From positions 1 to 40,214 of the IMG/VR virus record IMGVR_UViG_3300030376_006444: a DNA stretch of 40,214 nt; one strand, 5' to 3'. The stretch's first letter is position 1. Every line of letters starts with the position of its first letter. Origin of the DNA: a virus. Taxonomy: Duplodnaviria > Caudoviricetes. The notes under the pieces were generated by a model. That model saw nothing but the letters and a program-made list of their open reading frames with translations. It did not search any database and was not told the DNA's origin. This document shows positions 10,601 to 22,800 of this stretch, in pieces. The position numbers and the translations under genes are program-made.

Positions 10601-11434
10601 TTTCAGAGTTTCTTTAATAAATATCAACTAGCGTGGGATGAGCCTATTGGATTTGAAAGTGATGGTACTGGATGGAAGACAGCTTGCGTATTTAACAGAA
10701 GAGCTTATTATGGCAATGTCAGAATTAAAGGCAAAGATGACCAAATAAAATATTATCCTGATGGTATTTTAAAATCTGCATTAGGTAATTATGCAACTGT
10801 TGGAGAGAGTAATTTAATTGAAGCTACTGTGAACGATGGGGATGATATTGTAGCTCTACGAGTTATTGGTAATAAACTATGTCAATTTAAGAAGTATTCC
10901 TTAACCATAATGGGTGTTAAAACGCTAGAAAATGGCGAAAATCGTGAGGAAATTGAAGAAACCCTACATCATGTCGGCTTAGAGAGTGATAATCAAATTT
11001 GCGACACTCCTTACGGGTTATTTTGGGTTAGTAGAAGTGGAATTTATTTGTATAATGGACAAAATATTCAAACACTTACATCCAATCCCCAAGGTAGTCT
11101 TATTGACAAAACTCAATGGGAAAATTTTTATGGAAAAAGAACCCATGTAGGATATGATGCATACTGGAATCAGGCTCATATATGCAAAGACATAATGGCA
11201 AACTCTGAAGTATTAATCTATAGCTTTAATACGGGGGCTTTTACAGAGGGTTCAGATATGTATACGGGCTCAAAAAGAACTGGTTTTGTTACAGATAGAG
11301 ATGGTCACTTGTTGTGGGCTGAAAAAGTATCTGACGGAACTAGGGGCACTGCTGTAACTCCTAATAAAACAAATAAAGTAACGGAAAAAGCAAGTGATGT
11401 GCAAACTGCACCTCCACCACCTTCGGGGAACTAA
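7679..11434 (+). CDS. Tail nozzle / tail tubular B-like protein with inserted domains
   Basis: GTG start; N-terminal DFSGG motif; beta-propeller-like C-terminal region (FNRRAYYGN, DIVALRVIGNKL, TPYGLFWVSRSGIYLYNG); lies before the ejection-type genes. Confidence 0.65.
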   Translation: MPKQSKSIRDFSGGVAKGVDALSLKDNQLSECVNFIADNVGKLKIIPDENIACTNELNTELPDGYSKNIHSWSADFNLSNSAQSTNLVAPSVTEVKVAKRANMELYFTPFQSSNDNTDYQDRALIIKDADRDEYIIETIVKNPFEFGFQSKVPKNSIQGLSLNELEIMTHKHYLPSSNEGSDYKDPTIPWHFKTLAGGDTRPNGSNTVKASFGPIDAGGNHGFTANSSEATAMNTYNNPAWLDSTKTFESNTTVYTDTTSNNAMGRNFRYEASNGNIVFPGGQRNGGAFKIESVPNGGTATNTTNPVEFGKTPFNASASQDDAYAYRMIIEWDYWGKMNIKFPNEHPDGAINYARGKGFRPIGNDNFPAPSKTIDGVTYKYRELAPFFHGHTFENKVTNHVGSNHMCVESGAFYYMFNRAPSFGQFSEWTYNLSNVKRFETATYGVTIAYYTNVEQTSEASITRSYDLQLAENAMSVKSGLFYEPDNILSDVPTDHQIKFEILDDKVRIFQDVDTLKAYGIKNVSVTKTNIVDLGEKITDGQRYQHLVAITNEDSMATVYSMENDTWLDWQMDFKFEETEYIGTVNINNGSNSGTYNSFSTLAHPSIVGMQVRGTGIKPGTTVTAQDTSATPPTIQLSKNTSSAISNGTVYYWDSSMNVDVSYVDAEGHLFASDITFKSNNRPQWFGYLDLNKTYLKTQFDSVSNNFNNNTPQVEKAKGFSTDALCPQPYRIKITNSPATALKGQNTHIATKVNGLFKFKDSSGTDLSDDETLVKSAPNSTSTWASHPLGIKIQYDWIDGQESEVGTLMEGSFLKKELTEFYFSYIYEGGYVSQPQQFYEHTYNAGNSGADSINVPFSTAPKADSCALGLHIGIGPQLISGKGNNANWSGLSEKDGVLNARLKGIEIYGRFTNTDPNNIYLLCEIDLNKGWKSFATGKWKDFTTFGNVSHYGTSYTSSTGGPVTDHIIYKAVPTFQSFFNKYQLAWDEPIGFESDGTGWKTACVFNRRAYYGNVRIKGKDDQIKYYPDGILKSALGNYATVGESNLIEATVNDGDDIVALRVIGNKLCQFKKYSLTIMGVKTLENGENREEIEETLHHVGLESDNQICDTPYGLFWVSRSGIYLYNGQNIQTLTSNPQGSLIDKTQWENFYGKRTHVGYDAYWNQAHICKDIMANSEVLIYSFNTGAFTEGSDMYTGSKRTGFVTDRDGHLLWAEKVSDGTRGTAVTPNKTNKVTEKASDVQTAPPPPSGN

Positions 11435-11874
11435 TGGCAATATTACTTAAAACTACTACATCGGCTAGAAAAGATATCGCATCTGGAAAATTAATTACAA
11501 AGCATTACGATATGGGCGATGTAAGCATTAATAAAAAATTTAATAGATGTAATGTTACTTACAAGATGGAGAGTACTGGGATAACTCCTTTAAAAGTTTC
11601 ATACAGACTAGATGAGGCTGGTTCTTTTGTTGACTTTGACGCAGTAGATGACAATGCTTTTTCTGTATATGATAATGGAGCTAGGCTATGTAGGACCAAT
11701 GGAAAAATTAAAACTGCAGAATTCGATTTTGCTAAAAACAATAAATACGGTAAAGTAGTACAGATAAAGATTGCATACATTGCATCTGGTATGAGTTTCA
11801 ACTCAAGTACTGACATAGATGGGTTTGAATTATCTGATATTACTTTTACTTACAGACCAATTAACAGGAATTAA
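11434..11874 (+). CDS. Stand-alone nozzle C-terminal-like beta domain
   Basis: ITKHYDMGDVSINKKFNRCNVTY resembles the C-terminal motif of podovirus nozzle/stabilisation proteins; TAATG coupling. Confidence 0.5.
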   Translation: MAILLKTTTSARKDIASGKLITKHYDMGDVSINKKFNRCNVTYKMESTGITPLKVSYRLDEAGSFVDFDAVDDNAFSVYDNGARLCRTNGKIKTAEFDFAKNNKYGKVVQIKIAYIASGMSFNSSTDIDGFELSDITFTYRPINRN

Positions 11875-11875
11875 T

Positions 11876-12391
11876 ATGGCAAACAATCATTATTCAAAGC
11901 ATAGTAGTAGAGCCGATATCCAAAGATATTGGGATTATCACAATAATAGGGAGAAAAATATAGCTGTTGCTTCTGATGTTGGTGGTAAAGTAGCGAACTT
12001 TATGGTTCAAGATTATTTAGACACAAAAAAGAATCCACCTAAAGTCGCTAAAAATATTGTATCAACAGCGTCAAATGTTCATCCAAAACTAAATAGTCCA
12101 CAATTTGCAGGTCAACCTACTGAATCAGGACTGATGGGATTTGTAAAAAATCCTTCATGGGCTGGGTTGGAAACAGGTGTAGCAAACACATTAACAAACC
12201 CAATAACTAATCTTGGCGGTATGGCAACTAAAGCTGGATTTGCAAAAACTGGTGGATTAATAACTGGTGCTGGTACAGCTTTAAAAGGAGCATTGACATC
12301 AATGGGACCAGTAGGTTGGGCACTTTTGGCAGGAGGAGCTTTAATGCTTCATCAAGGCAAAGGTGGCGGAAGAAATAAAAGGAGATATTAA
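11876..12391 (+). CDS. Putative internal virion (ejection) protein
   Basis: The ATG at 11876 follows AGGA. Gly/Ala-rich, with a hydrophobic C-terminal GPVGWALLAGGALML segment. Confidence 0.55.
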   Translation: MANNHYSKHSSRADIQRYWDYHNNREKNIAVASDVGGKVANFMVQDYLDTKKNPPKVAKNIVSTASNVHPKLNSPQFAGQPTESGLMGFVKNPSWAGLETGVANTLTNPITNLGGMATKAGFAKTGGLITGAGTALKGALTSMGPVGWALLAGGALMLHQGKGGGRNKRRY

Positions 12392-12891
12392 TGAACCCAT
12401 ATGAATGGCTTGATAACAGACTTGGTGGCATTCTACCAGGAGGAGCCAAAACAAGCGGTATAGTAAGAGATATTCAAAAAGGATTTTTAGGAAAAAGCTA
12501 TGATGCTATTCTTGGAAGAAGGGGATTCTTTGGAGAATATTTAGGTGGAAGAAAAGCAGATAGGAAACGTAGAGCAATAGGTGGTATTGCAAAAGAGATA
12601 GCCAATATAGAAAGTCGTAAAGCAGATATTTTCCCAGATGAAATGACAAACTTTAACAGAAAAACGCTAAATGATTGGAATACACTTCAAGGAAAGAATT
12701 CTGCATCACCACTTACCATGGCAACTGACACAGGTAAAAACCAAAAATTTCAAAACATTATTAATCAAGCAATCAACAATACAAATGCTTCATTAAACAA
12801 AACAATAACTTCAGCACAAGACAGGTTATGGGGACAAGAAGACCAGATTGCCAACTTAAAAGCTGAAACACAATCAATAAGGGATTCATAA
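12391..12891 (+). CDS. Putative internal virion protein
   Basis: Gly-rich N-terminus, N/Q-rich helical C-terminus; position in the ejection block. Confidence 0.5.
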   Translation: MNPYEWLDNRLGGILPGGAKTSGIVRDIQKGFLGKSYDAILGRRGFFGEYLGGRKADRKRRAIGGIAKEIANIESRKADIFPDEMTNFNRKTLNDWNTLQGKNSASPLTMATDTGKNQKFQNIINQAINNTNASLNKTITSAQDRLWGQEDQIANLKAETQSIRDS

Positions 12892-12892
12892 C

Positions 12893-13864
12893 ATGGATGA
12901 CATAACAAGACTATTAGGCTCAATTATAAGCGGTGGCTTGGATGGATATCAACAAAATCAAAGATTAGACAAAACAATTCAAGCACAAGAAGATATAGCC
13001 TTATTAAAAGACTCTTTAAGCGTAAAAAACACACAACAATTAAATGAGAATAATAGAGAAAATGCATTATTGTCAGATTCCTTAGGGGTTAAAAACGCAA
13101 TGCTAGAAGATTCTTTAGATACCGAAAGAATGATGCGAGCAGATTCTTTAGCAAATGAAAGACATGAAGATACTCAAAGATTTCAAAAAGGAAATCAAGC
13201 ATTAGGTCTTATGACTGCTTTGGGTCCAGCAATGACAGATACAAAAAACCAAGAGTTAAGCAATCAAATAGCTAAGGGTGATTTTCGATATGAAAATATT
13301 CGTACTAAAGTACGAGAATTAGAAGATGCAAAAAGAGATGCTAGACAATGGACTCCTGATTTAAACAATTTAAACAGACGAACATTGCAGTTTAGAACTG
13401 AAAAATCTTTTCCATTTAGTGAAACAGATATGCTAAATGATTATACAGAAGTAAGAGACGATTTAGAATTGACGGTTTTGGAAGCTTTGAAACTGCCACC
13501 CAATGATATGAAAAGAGCAGGAGTCTTAAAATTTCTTAATAAGATGGTAAAAAGAGCTGGGCATACAGATTTCTTAGACGGAGATTGGGGTATATTTGGA
13601 GGCGAGGACCCAGATGGGGCACAAGCACAAGCAATTAAAGACGAATTAGAAACGTGGCAAACATTATTAAAGGATAAAAAAAGTAGCAATTCACTTTTAG
13701 ACGATATGTATAACATTTCTCCAGAAGATAGAAAGTTTTATCAAGAATGGAGAGGGCAAAGAGGTGCACTTTCTGGTAAAAAAATAGCAAACGTCGATGC
13801 TCAACAAGCTGAAATGATGAGTGTTTTAAAAACTTTAGTTGAACAATCTAATCCTAGTAAATGA
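12893..13864 (+). CDS. Putative internal virion protein
   Basis: N-terminal LLGSIISGGLDGY, internal xDSL repeats, helical; coupled (ATGA) to the giant gene. Confidence 0.5.
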   Translation: MDDITRLLGSIISGGLDGYQQNQRLDKTIQAQEDIALLKDSLSVKNTQQLNENNRENALLSDSLGVKNAMLEDSLDTERMMRADSLANERHEDTQRFQKGNQALGLMTALGPAMTDTKNQELSNQIAKGDFRYENIRTKVRELEDAKRDARQWTPDLNNLNRRTLQFRTEKSFPFSETDMLNDYTEVRDDLELTVLEALKLPPNDMKRAGVLKFLNKMVKRAGHTDFLDGDWGIFGGEDPDGAQAQAIKDELETWQTLLKDKKSSNSLLDDMYNISPEDRKFYQEWRGQRGALSGKKIANVDAQQAEMMSVLKTLVEQSNPSK

Positions 13865-16800
13865 ACCCATTTCAGACTAGGGAAAAACTAAAAAGATATC
13901 GCTTTAGACCTGAAAACTTCACTCAAGAAGAAGCAAGGGAATTAGAGCGATTTTCAAAGCTATACGGCTTTGTTCAAGAAAACCAACCACTAGAAGAAAC
14001 TTCAAGCAATAAACAAAGCAATATGCTTTCCCAGTTTAGTTCTGGGTTTACAGAGGGCTTACTTGGTCCTATTGCTATGGGTGGCTGGGCTGAAGACCCT
14101 CAAGATGAATTCCAATCTATCGCCCATAGTGCAGGGCATTTATTAGGGTTTGCATTGCCTCTGGCTGGTAGTCTTGTATCGTTTGGTGGAACTGGAATAG
14201 CAAGACTAGGGTTGATGGGTAGCGGTAGAATAGCAAAGGGTATTCAAGCTACAGGTAAAACAATAGGTGGCTTTGGTCAGGCTATGAAAAAAGGTAAGTC
14301 TGTACCTTTATTTGTAGGTGATAAAGCTGTAGATGCTACAAAAAAGATTTTAGCTAACGCTGGGTTTGAAGCTGGCAAGTACCTTGAGGCTGGTGCCAAG
14401 ATTGGGTTTAAAGCAAAAATGACTGATGTTGCATTTCAAGCACAGCATTTATCTGTAGCAAGTGCTGTAAGTGGAATGTGGAATGGCGAAGACGATGAAG
14501 TAGATAATTTAATATTTGGTGCTGTAGCTGGAGGGTTTTTTGGAGGCTTAGGAAACTTTGTGCGTGTTGGTAACATGATACAACACCCTAATAAGGTAGT
14601 ACGAGAAGCTGGGAAACGTAATCTTTGGGAATCGTCAAAACAATTATCAGATACTTTATATAATTATAGAGGTCAAATTCTTAGAGGTGCATTAGGTGCT
14701 GGTTTTCAAGGTGGAATGGCTACTATGCAAGGTGCACCAACTGCTACGCAACTATATGAATATGCATTAGGGGCATTTTTTGGTGCTGGTGCTCATGGAA
14801 TTAGGGAAAAGAAAGCATCTGAGTTTTTTAACAGTTATGAAAAAAGAAATGAAGAAGGTGCTTTACAGAAAGATTTTGCTGAGCGAAGGAATATGCTTGA
14901 GTCAGACGAGTTTAAAGCACTCCCTTTAGACTCTCAGCAATTAGTAAGAGAAAAATACACAAATTATATTGGAGATTTTTGGGATAGGTTCAAAGGAGAA
15001 GCCCTTCAAACAGATGATTCCTTACCTAGTGTTAAACTAGCAAGGGAAATACTAAAGCCCTACAACGAAGCATTAGAAAGAAAAGCACAAGAAGTCAGTA
15101 AGAAGACCGAAGACTTAGAGCCGTTTGAGATTGCCCAAGTTCAAGCTGAACTAATGGAGGTAGTACCTCAGCAATACGCAAGAGATTTAAACCTAAGAGT
15201 AATATCTGAAGGGTTATTAAAAAAGATACGCAACCCTAAGGAAAAATTAGAAGATACACAGCAAGAAATAGTAGATAAACTTACTCCTGAAGAACTTTCT
15301 CAAGTCAAAGAAGGCTATATAGAGCCATTAGAGAAAAAGATTGTTGAGTATTTTGAAAATATACCTCAAGAAAAAATAGAAACAACTGCTCAGGACATAC
15401 TGCGAGCAGAAGAGAATTTAATATCAGACCAACCTGAACTTGTAGTTGAGCCAGTTATTAGGCGGTTTCTTAATCAACTACAAAAAGAAACAGACATCTA
15501 CGAACCTAACGATGTATTAGAACACGCAGTAAAGACTTATAATGAATTACTGCCAAAGTCAGAAAGTGGTAAACGAGACACAAGATTTATCCCCGTAAAG
15601 GGAATGGTAAAAGAATACATAATGCTTCTTCAGGATAAGTTTCCTGGCATCAGAGTCACACCAGAAATGAAAAACAGCCTTACTCAAATGTACACTAGAC
15701 TATCGCAAGGCGTTATAAGACCAGTTATTAGTTACGACAAAACTACTCAGAAAAGAAAAACAATATGGGGATTTAATGTATTAAAGAGAAAAGTATCAGG
15801 TAGCGAGCCACGTTCAGCAGATGAAAAAATGTATGAAAATTTATGGGGAGATAAAGTTACAGTACGAGAATTCTCTGAATTAGTAGACAAAAAAGGCAAT
15901 ACCTACATAACATTAAAGCCTTACGACAAGGTGTGGAATGACAACTTAAAAGAATGGGTCCCTGCAATGCGTAGCAATGACTGGTTAAACATAACTAAGG
16001 GACTAGATAAAAAAGACCAGTATTTAAAAATACCTAAAAAAGATGGCGGTACTGAGCGTATATACAAGTATCACCCAAAAACAAATAGCACAGAATTAAA
16101 CACTATTGTAAAAGAAGTAGTAACGAAGTCAAAAAGTAAAGCAATAACAGAAGATTTACTTAAAAAATACATTGAAAAAGACTATAAAGTTTGGCTTGAA
16201 ACAATGGGGTTTGATTTAAAGCTGGAAAAAGACCTCATTGAAAATCAAGGGTTACGCAATTTATATAATAAAGCTTTTAAGTCTAATTACTTATACGAAA
16301 AAAACTGGAATTTTAAAAACGCAATTGCAAGAGTAAAACGTGAGGCACTACTTGCATCTAAGTCATTTTACGAGCAAGACAGAAAGTTTTTTAAAGACCT
16401 TACTAACGATACTGGCAAAATAAACATTATAGCTATAGAAGCTGAAGCCAATCTACTGGGAAAGCTTAGCAGTACTGGAAAAAGAATAGGGCAATGGCTA
16501 AATGTAGAAGGTAAAAAGCCTGAAACATTCTGGACTGTAGATAAGAATGGAAAACTAATGGAACAAGCATGGGAAAGTAAGATTGATGGTTGGTTAGTAA
16601 TGCATTCTGATTTATATAAAAGATTTATGGAAGCTAACGGATTTGATGGCGTTCAAATGTCTCATATGAAGCCTGCAGTAGCTGTTACAATGCCTGATGG
16701 AAGTCTGTTTTTAATAAAAGGTGGAGTACATCCAGGAAACAAGGCTTATAACGATGCAATGCCTAGTCCTAACTCTATGATAGTCGTGACTTCTGCTATC

Positions 16801-19800
16801 AAATCTATGCCAGAAGGTGCAAAGGTATATAAAGGACAAGCTAAAAAGAATGGTAAATACGAAATAAAAGACTACGACAAACCTTCCTTAGAAATGAATG
16901 TTGAAGACTTTAGAATAAGTTTTGGCGTATATGGAGACAAGCACTCAGCAGAACCCACTACAATTAAAAAACAAATGCATTCATTTTTTGATAGCCTAAC
17001 TATGAGTAGAGATGGTTATAGAGAATTTATGGACGCAATTCATTTTGATGTAATTAATGGCTCAAAGCAAGCCAATGAGTATATGCAAACCTTAAAAGAA
17101 AACCCTGATGCATTGCCACCAAAGGGGTTCAAGGTTACAGAATTAAGTGATAAAGATTTTATTACAGTTATAAACAACCCTAGTCACAAGCTCCACAAAG
17201 AATTAAACCTAGAAATCTTTAAGAAAATCAAAAGGATGGAAAAGGCAGAAGAATTTGAAGGTGCTGTGTATGAAGAACTAAAAGAGTATGCTAATAATTT
17301 TGAACGATGGTACCGAGCTACTGGTTATAATCCTGTATCTGCAATAATAAACAATAGTTTATATGAAAAGTCTGTGCATATATATCGTATGAATAAATTT
17401 ACTAATCCAGAATGGAAAAACTCTGGAAGCGGATGGGTAGCTGGGGTAGACCCAGTAATGGAGGCAGTAACTGGAGGTATTAAAAAGAATGCAACCTATG
17501 AGTTTTTTGAAGATGGAAAGTTAAAGAAAAGAAAAGTGGGGCATTTTAAAGTAGGTATAAGCCATAAAGACATGAAGGTTAAATGGCTTGGTGAAGGTGA
17601 ACAGATAAAACTAATCGAAGCTTGGGAGCAGTTTAAAAAAGAAAAGAATCCACACGTCAAAGCAAGAATGAGAAACAAACTCATGTTTGCTGTAATGAGG
17701 GTCCCAGCTAATGCAATATCAGGGACTAGGGCATTAATATTTGATGGATTTGTAAAAAATGACGTTGATTTATCTGATTGGGGCGTTTATATGAGAGGCA
17801 GAGACCACTTTTACATAGATGGAGCTGACGTTGATGGCGATAAAGTGTTCTTTTATCAAGGATTACCTCAGAAATACCTTAATGATTTAGTCAAAAACGA
17901 TAGTTTTTTGGAAAGGGCAAAGCAAGGTAAGAGTGTTTTCTTTGAAAATAAAGCTGAAAAAATGGATAAGTTGTTTAAAAGCGAAGTTTCTAAAGCAGAT
18001 TTAGACTACGTTAACAACAACCCATTGGCTCAATGGTCTCCTGGTGCATTACGTAAAACAGGTATAAGTGCATACACAGGAAAAAAAGGATTGGGATTAG
18101 TAGTAAATGCTAAATCGTTTTTAAATAATGTGTTAGCTGATGTGATAACCAATAAGGGTGGTAAAATAAGATTAGGGGTTTACACAACAAGTAAAGAAAC
18201 TGGTAAAAAAATACTTATAGGTGACTTAATTGGTCAAACTGACATGGCACAATTAAAATCTGAAAACGGTTATTACGTAGTAGGTACAGAGGCACATAGC
18301 AGAACAGCAGATAGTGCAAATTATTACAATATGGCAACTCCGCAAGAGATGGTAGACATTGTTACTCAAAGTGCTTTTAGGAGTTTAAAGTTTCACCCGA
18401 TTGAAGAAGGAAAAATTAGAGATGGAAGACTTAGTGATTTAAAAAACACATTAGAATATGCTCATTTAAGTGAATTGAATAACAAGTTGTATGGGTATGA
18501 TTTTTCAAACGATAGGGCATTTACTATAAGTGAAATACAAAATGCTGTAAAGCCATTTAAAGGCGAAGTAAAAACTATGAGTTCTATCGTTGATATTGCC
18601 CACAAAGTGGCACAAAACGAATTGAACATTGACCCACTCAGGCATTTTAACTACCAAGCATTTAGAGAAGCTATAAGAACTTTAAGCAATGAATTATTGC
18701 GAGACAAAGACGTACTAAAATACATTACTAGAAAGAACCTGAGGGTAATGCCATTGTACTACCACATAGATTATCAGGCAGTGTATAAAGCGATGTTAAA
18801 ACACCCAGAGTTCACTACGAAAAATGGACTAACCTTACGAGAAGTTCCAGAAAAAGGTGCTACTAAAAAAGATAAAGAACCATATAGGGAGCTACTATGG
18901 GAAGCGTTAGAACCGCCAAATAAAGAAGGGATTTCTCCATTAGAAGAAAGACTAGGAGATATCGGTAAAGGCGTACAAAAAACATTTAATAATTTATTTT
19001 CTAACCAAAGAATGGAGATAGGTAAAGCTATATCCAGATATGATGCTAAAGTTGAAAAAGAATATAAGATAAATGACTCCTACGATATATGGAGTGCCTT
19101 ACAACTCAACATAAAAGGTAAGGCATTAGATGATGCATTAAAAAACGCTGGTCACATTTCAGAGAAAGGTCAAATACCTTATGAGCGTATTAATGAAATT
19201 GCTAACAGAATAGTAAATGGTGAGCAAATAACTGGCAATAATATCGAAATGTTGGAAACTCAAAAATGGTCAAAACAGATACAAAAAGCAGTAGACGACA
19301 TACAAGCTGGCAAGCAACCAAAGACCGCTTCTGAGAGCAAATTTTTAATATTAAGAGACATTATAGCAAGACAAGCTGAAGCTGTAAAGCTCAAATTTAA
19401 TCATGCGTTTAAAAATGAAAATCAAAGAGTATTCGAGAACGAGCAAGAAGCCAATAAATTTATTAGAGAAAACGTAGTTGAGATAAGCAACATAGCAAAA
19501 GAATTAAAGATTAAACCTGAAGTAGCAGTTGATTATTATTACAATTACCTACTAAGCAGTTTACGTCCACAGCCAGTTCGATTAGAGGGAATTATTAGAA
19601 ACCTTAATGGTAGAATAGCAACTGCGGAAAAGAAAGGTCAAGCAGATAAAGTAGAAATACTAAAAAGGGAAAAAGAACGGGCAAGAGCTCAATACGAAAA
19701 TACCAGCACACCTCAATTTATATGGTCAGTGGATGCGATACCTGACCGAGTAAAATCACAATTTATGAAAGGGTATGCTGATACTTTCGATTTACTCAAT

Positions 19801-22800
19801 ACTGTTACTACTGATAAAATATCAGGAGAACTTACAGGATATTTAGCAAAATCCAAAAAAGACACTAAGCTTGGAGAGATTGAAAGCAGTATAGATGCTG
19901 AGGTAATTGCTGAGGTAGAAATTGATAGATTATTTAAACCAGATAAGCTAGGTGGTGTAGAAATTGCAAAAGATGCAAAAGGAAAAGCTGATGACGTGCC
20001 TAGTGATATACCACAAGTATTACGAGGTATTACCCAGAGTTTAAAAACATTACCCGATGGAGCTATTTTAAGATTTGAAGACCTATATACTTATATGAAA
20101 TCAGTACAAGGCGATGGTCCAACAAGTATTAAGATGGCAACTTGGGAAGACATAAGGTCATTTAATCGATTTTTAAAGGACATAGTTAACTCTACGAATC
20201 CAACTGGTAAAGTAAAAAAGATATATGACTTCCTTTTTCCAGATACAGTAGGTAAAAAACAAGCTGGGCATGACCTTGATTTGTTATTTAAAATGAAAAC
20301 ACCTATACGTAATGCCAAAGATATGGGACTAGCTACTATAAAAGTGCCATTATCCTCTATGTCATTTATACAAAAAGTTGGTGGACAAATGAGAGAACTT
20401 GAAGATTCTATTAAAAACAGTATGGTAGAATCCTTATTTAATGGCATTACTGTGAAATCTGAATTGGAAGCAATACCAAATGGTATTCAAACGTTTACTG
20501 ATTTATTTATGTTTGCTCAAAAGAAAATGAACTATGAACGTGCTGTAAAGCCTCAAGATGTTGAGTTTTATGGAAACGAATGGGCATCATCCTTAAAACT
20601 ATGGGACAGTAAATACAAAGGTAAAAAATTCAAGTTTACTAGAGCTGGTAAAGTAGTTGAAAAAACCTCTGAAGAAATAATTAGAGACATTCAAGAACAA
20701 CAAGGAAAGTTTTTACAAGGATTTTATGAAAGCTATTTAGGAGCTGGTGTTATAGATAGGTCTGGTGAATGGAAGCGTATTGACTGGAAGCGAGTTGATG
20801 AAAATGCAGAATGGGCTAAAAACGGATTGGTAATACATGACTTTATACGTTACGATAAAAATGGACGATTTGATTTAGAAAACTTTCAGAAAAAAGTAAT
20901 GGACCACGTAGAAACATTTGGCGTTAATGCATTACATAAGATGTTAGGGAATCGAAATAATCCTTTAGGTACTGAGCTATTAAACAGGGTACAGCACGAA
21001 ATAGGCTTAGAAGAGCATATACTAAGTAAGAAAATAAAGCCTAATTCAGAAGAGTCTAGAAATGTCAGACTAGAATGGAGGAAAGCTAACGAATTTTTTG
21101 GAATTGGAAGAATAGGTACGGAAGGAACAGAAGGGTTTTCTACAGAATACTTCCCTCAAATGAAACATGATACAAAAAAATTAAAACCTTGGGTGCAAGA
21201 ACAGCAGTTAAAGCTTAAAGAAAAATTAGAAAACTACGTTAATGACTTAACTCATGCTGGTAAAACAGTAATGGAAGACTCTTCTTATAAAATACCTAGA
21301 CGATATAGGTTTAAAGAAATTGAATTAGAAGCTTTAAAAGGCAAAATGTCTGATAAGCAACTAATAGACATATGGGGCGTATCTAATGTTACTATTAAAC
21401 CACATTTGATAAGCCTCAAGCTTGCAAGCCAAAATGCTGATTATCAATTGTACTTAGGGCAAAGAGTAGAAAGTGCAATGGGTCAATCAGACTATCTAGT
21501 AAACTTTTTAAACGCTGAATTCCGTAAAGGAAAAGAGCAATGGCAAGATATTAACGCTGAGTTTAGACCAGGAACTGGTAGACAAAGAGGCGATACTCAT
21601 GTACCGTATTTTAGTTACGGCTTTGAAGTTTTAGAAGCATACACTAATCAATGGGTAAGCTCCTTATTTAAAAACTTAAACGCATTAACTTTTCGTAAAG
21701 TCATAAATAATTACGAGCAAAACAATGTCTTTGCTAAAGAAAACCCTGAAATGGGAGAAATGTGGTCTAAGGAAATGAGAAGATATGCTAGTAGCTTAAT
21801 GGGGAAACCAAATGCATTACCAACAAAGTATACTGGGTTAAGTATTGTAGAAAAAGCAAAGCTTAAGCAGAGAATAAAACAAGCACCTGATGGTCCTCAA
21901 AAAGAATTGGACAAACGAAAATTAGAACGTGATGATAAACTTAAAAAACTATATGGAACTAAAGTAACCACATGGAATCCATTACAAAATATTGAATACA
22001 GAATGTCTGACCAAAATCTGGTTGAATACCTTGATGCCAAATCACAGCAATTAAACAAATGGGCGATTCCTGGCATTAGTAAAAAATTTCACGGTACACC
22101 AGAAGCACCTAAGCTATTTGGAATGGATTTGCCTACTTCCGAAAAAGCAAGACACCAAGTTTTATATCAAATCCTTAATAATATAGGTGCTTACGAATCA
22201 AAACTTTCATTGATATCACTACTAGCTCATCCAAAAACATATTTAGGTAACGTAGTAGGTGGTAGCTCTAATACCATAACCAATATGGGTTTCAGGCAAT
22301 TTAAAAGGGCGAGAGATGTAAAGTGGCTAGTAACTAACGTGTTTGCAGGTGCCAAGCTAAAAGACGGTACTCCAATTACCGATAGGAATACCATACATAG
22401 ATGGGTAGCAGAAATTGGTGCGTTAGAATCGTTCTATATCAATGAAGCTATGATGGATAAGCGATTAGACGCTAAAAAATTGAAACCATTTTTTAAAGAA
22501 GTGTTTTCTAAAAGAGATGTTACAGATGCTACAGTAATGGACTTAGCTAAAAAATACCAAGTAACAGATTCTATATTATCTGCTGGTGGCTGGTTTATGA
22601 GAGCCTCAGAAAGAACACTTCGTACCGATGCGTTTATAGCACATTATCTAAATGCAAGAGAAGCTTTGGGACAAATAATACCTAATATGCCCTTTGACCA
22701 TCCCTACCTTACAGGAATGGCATTAAAAGGCGTTGAAGCTACGCAGTTTTTATACCATAACGTTAATAGACCAGCAGTTTCTCGCTCTACAATGGGAAAA

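Noticed and set aside
11559-20447. Antisense ORFs within the nozzle, ejection and RNAP genes
   Set aside because: Shadow frames with reverse-complement codon composition.
20992-21020. Zincin HExxH protease motif in the giant protein
   Set aside because: The sequence is HEIGL, which lacks the second His.
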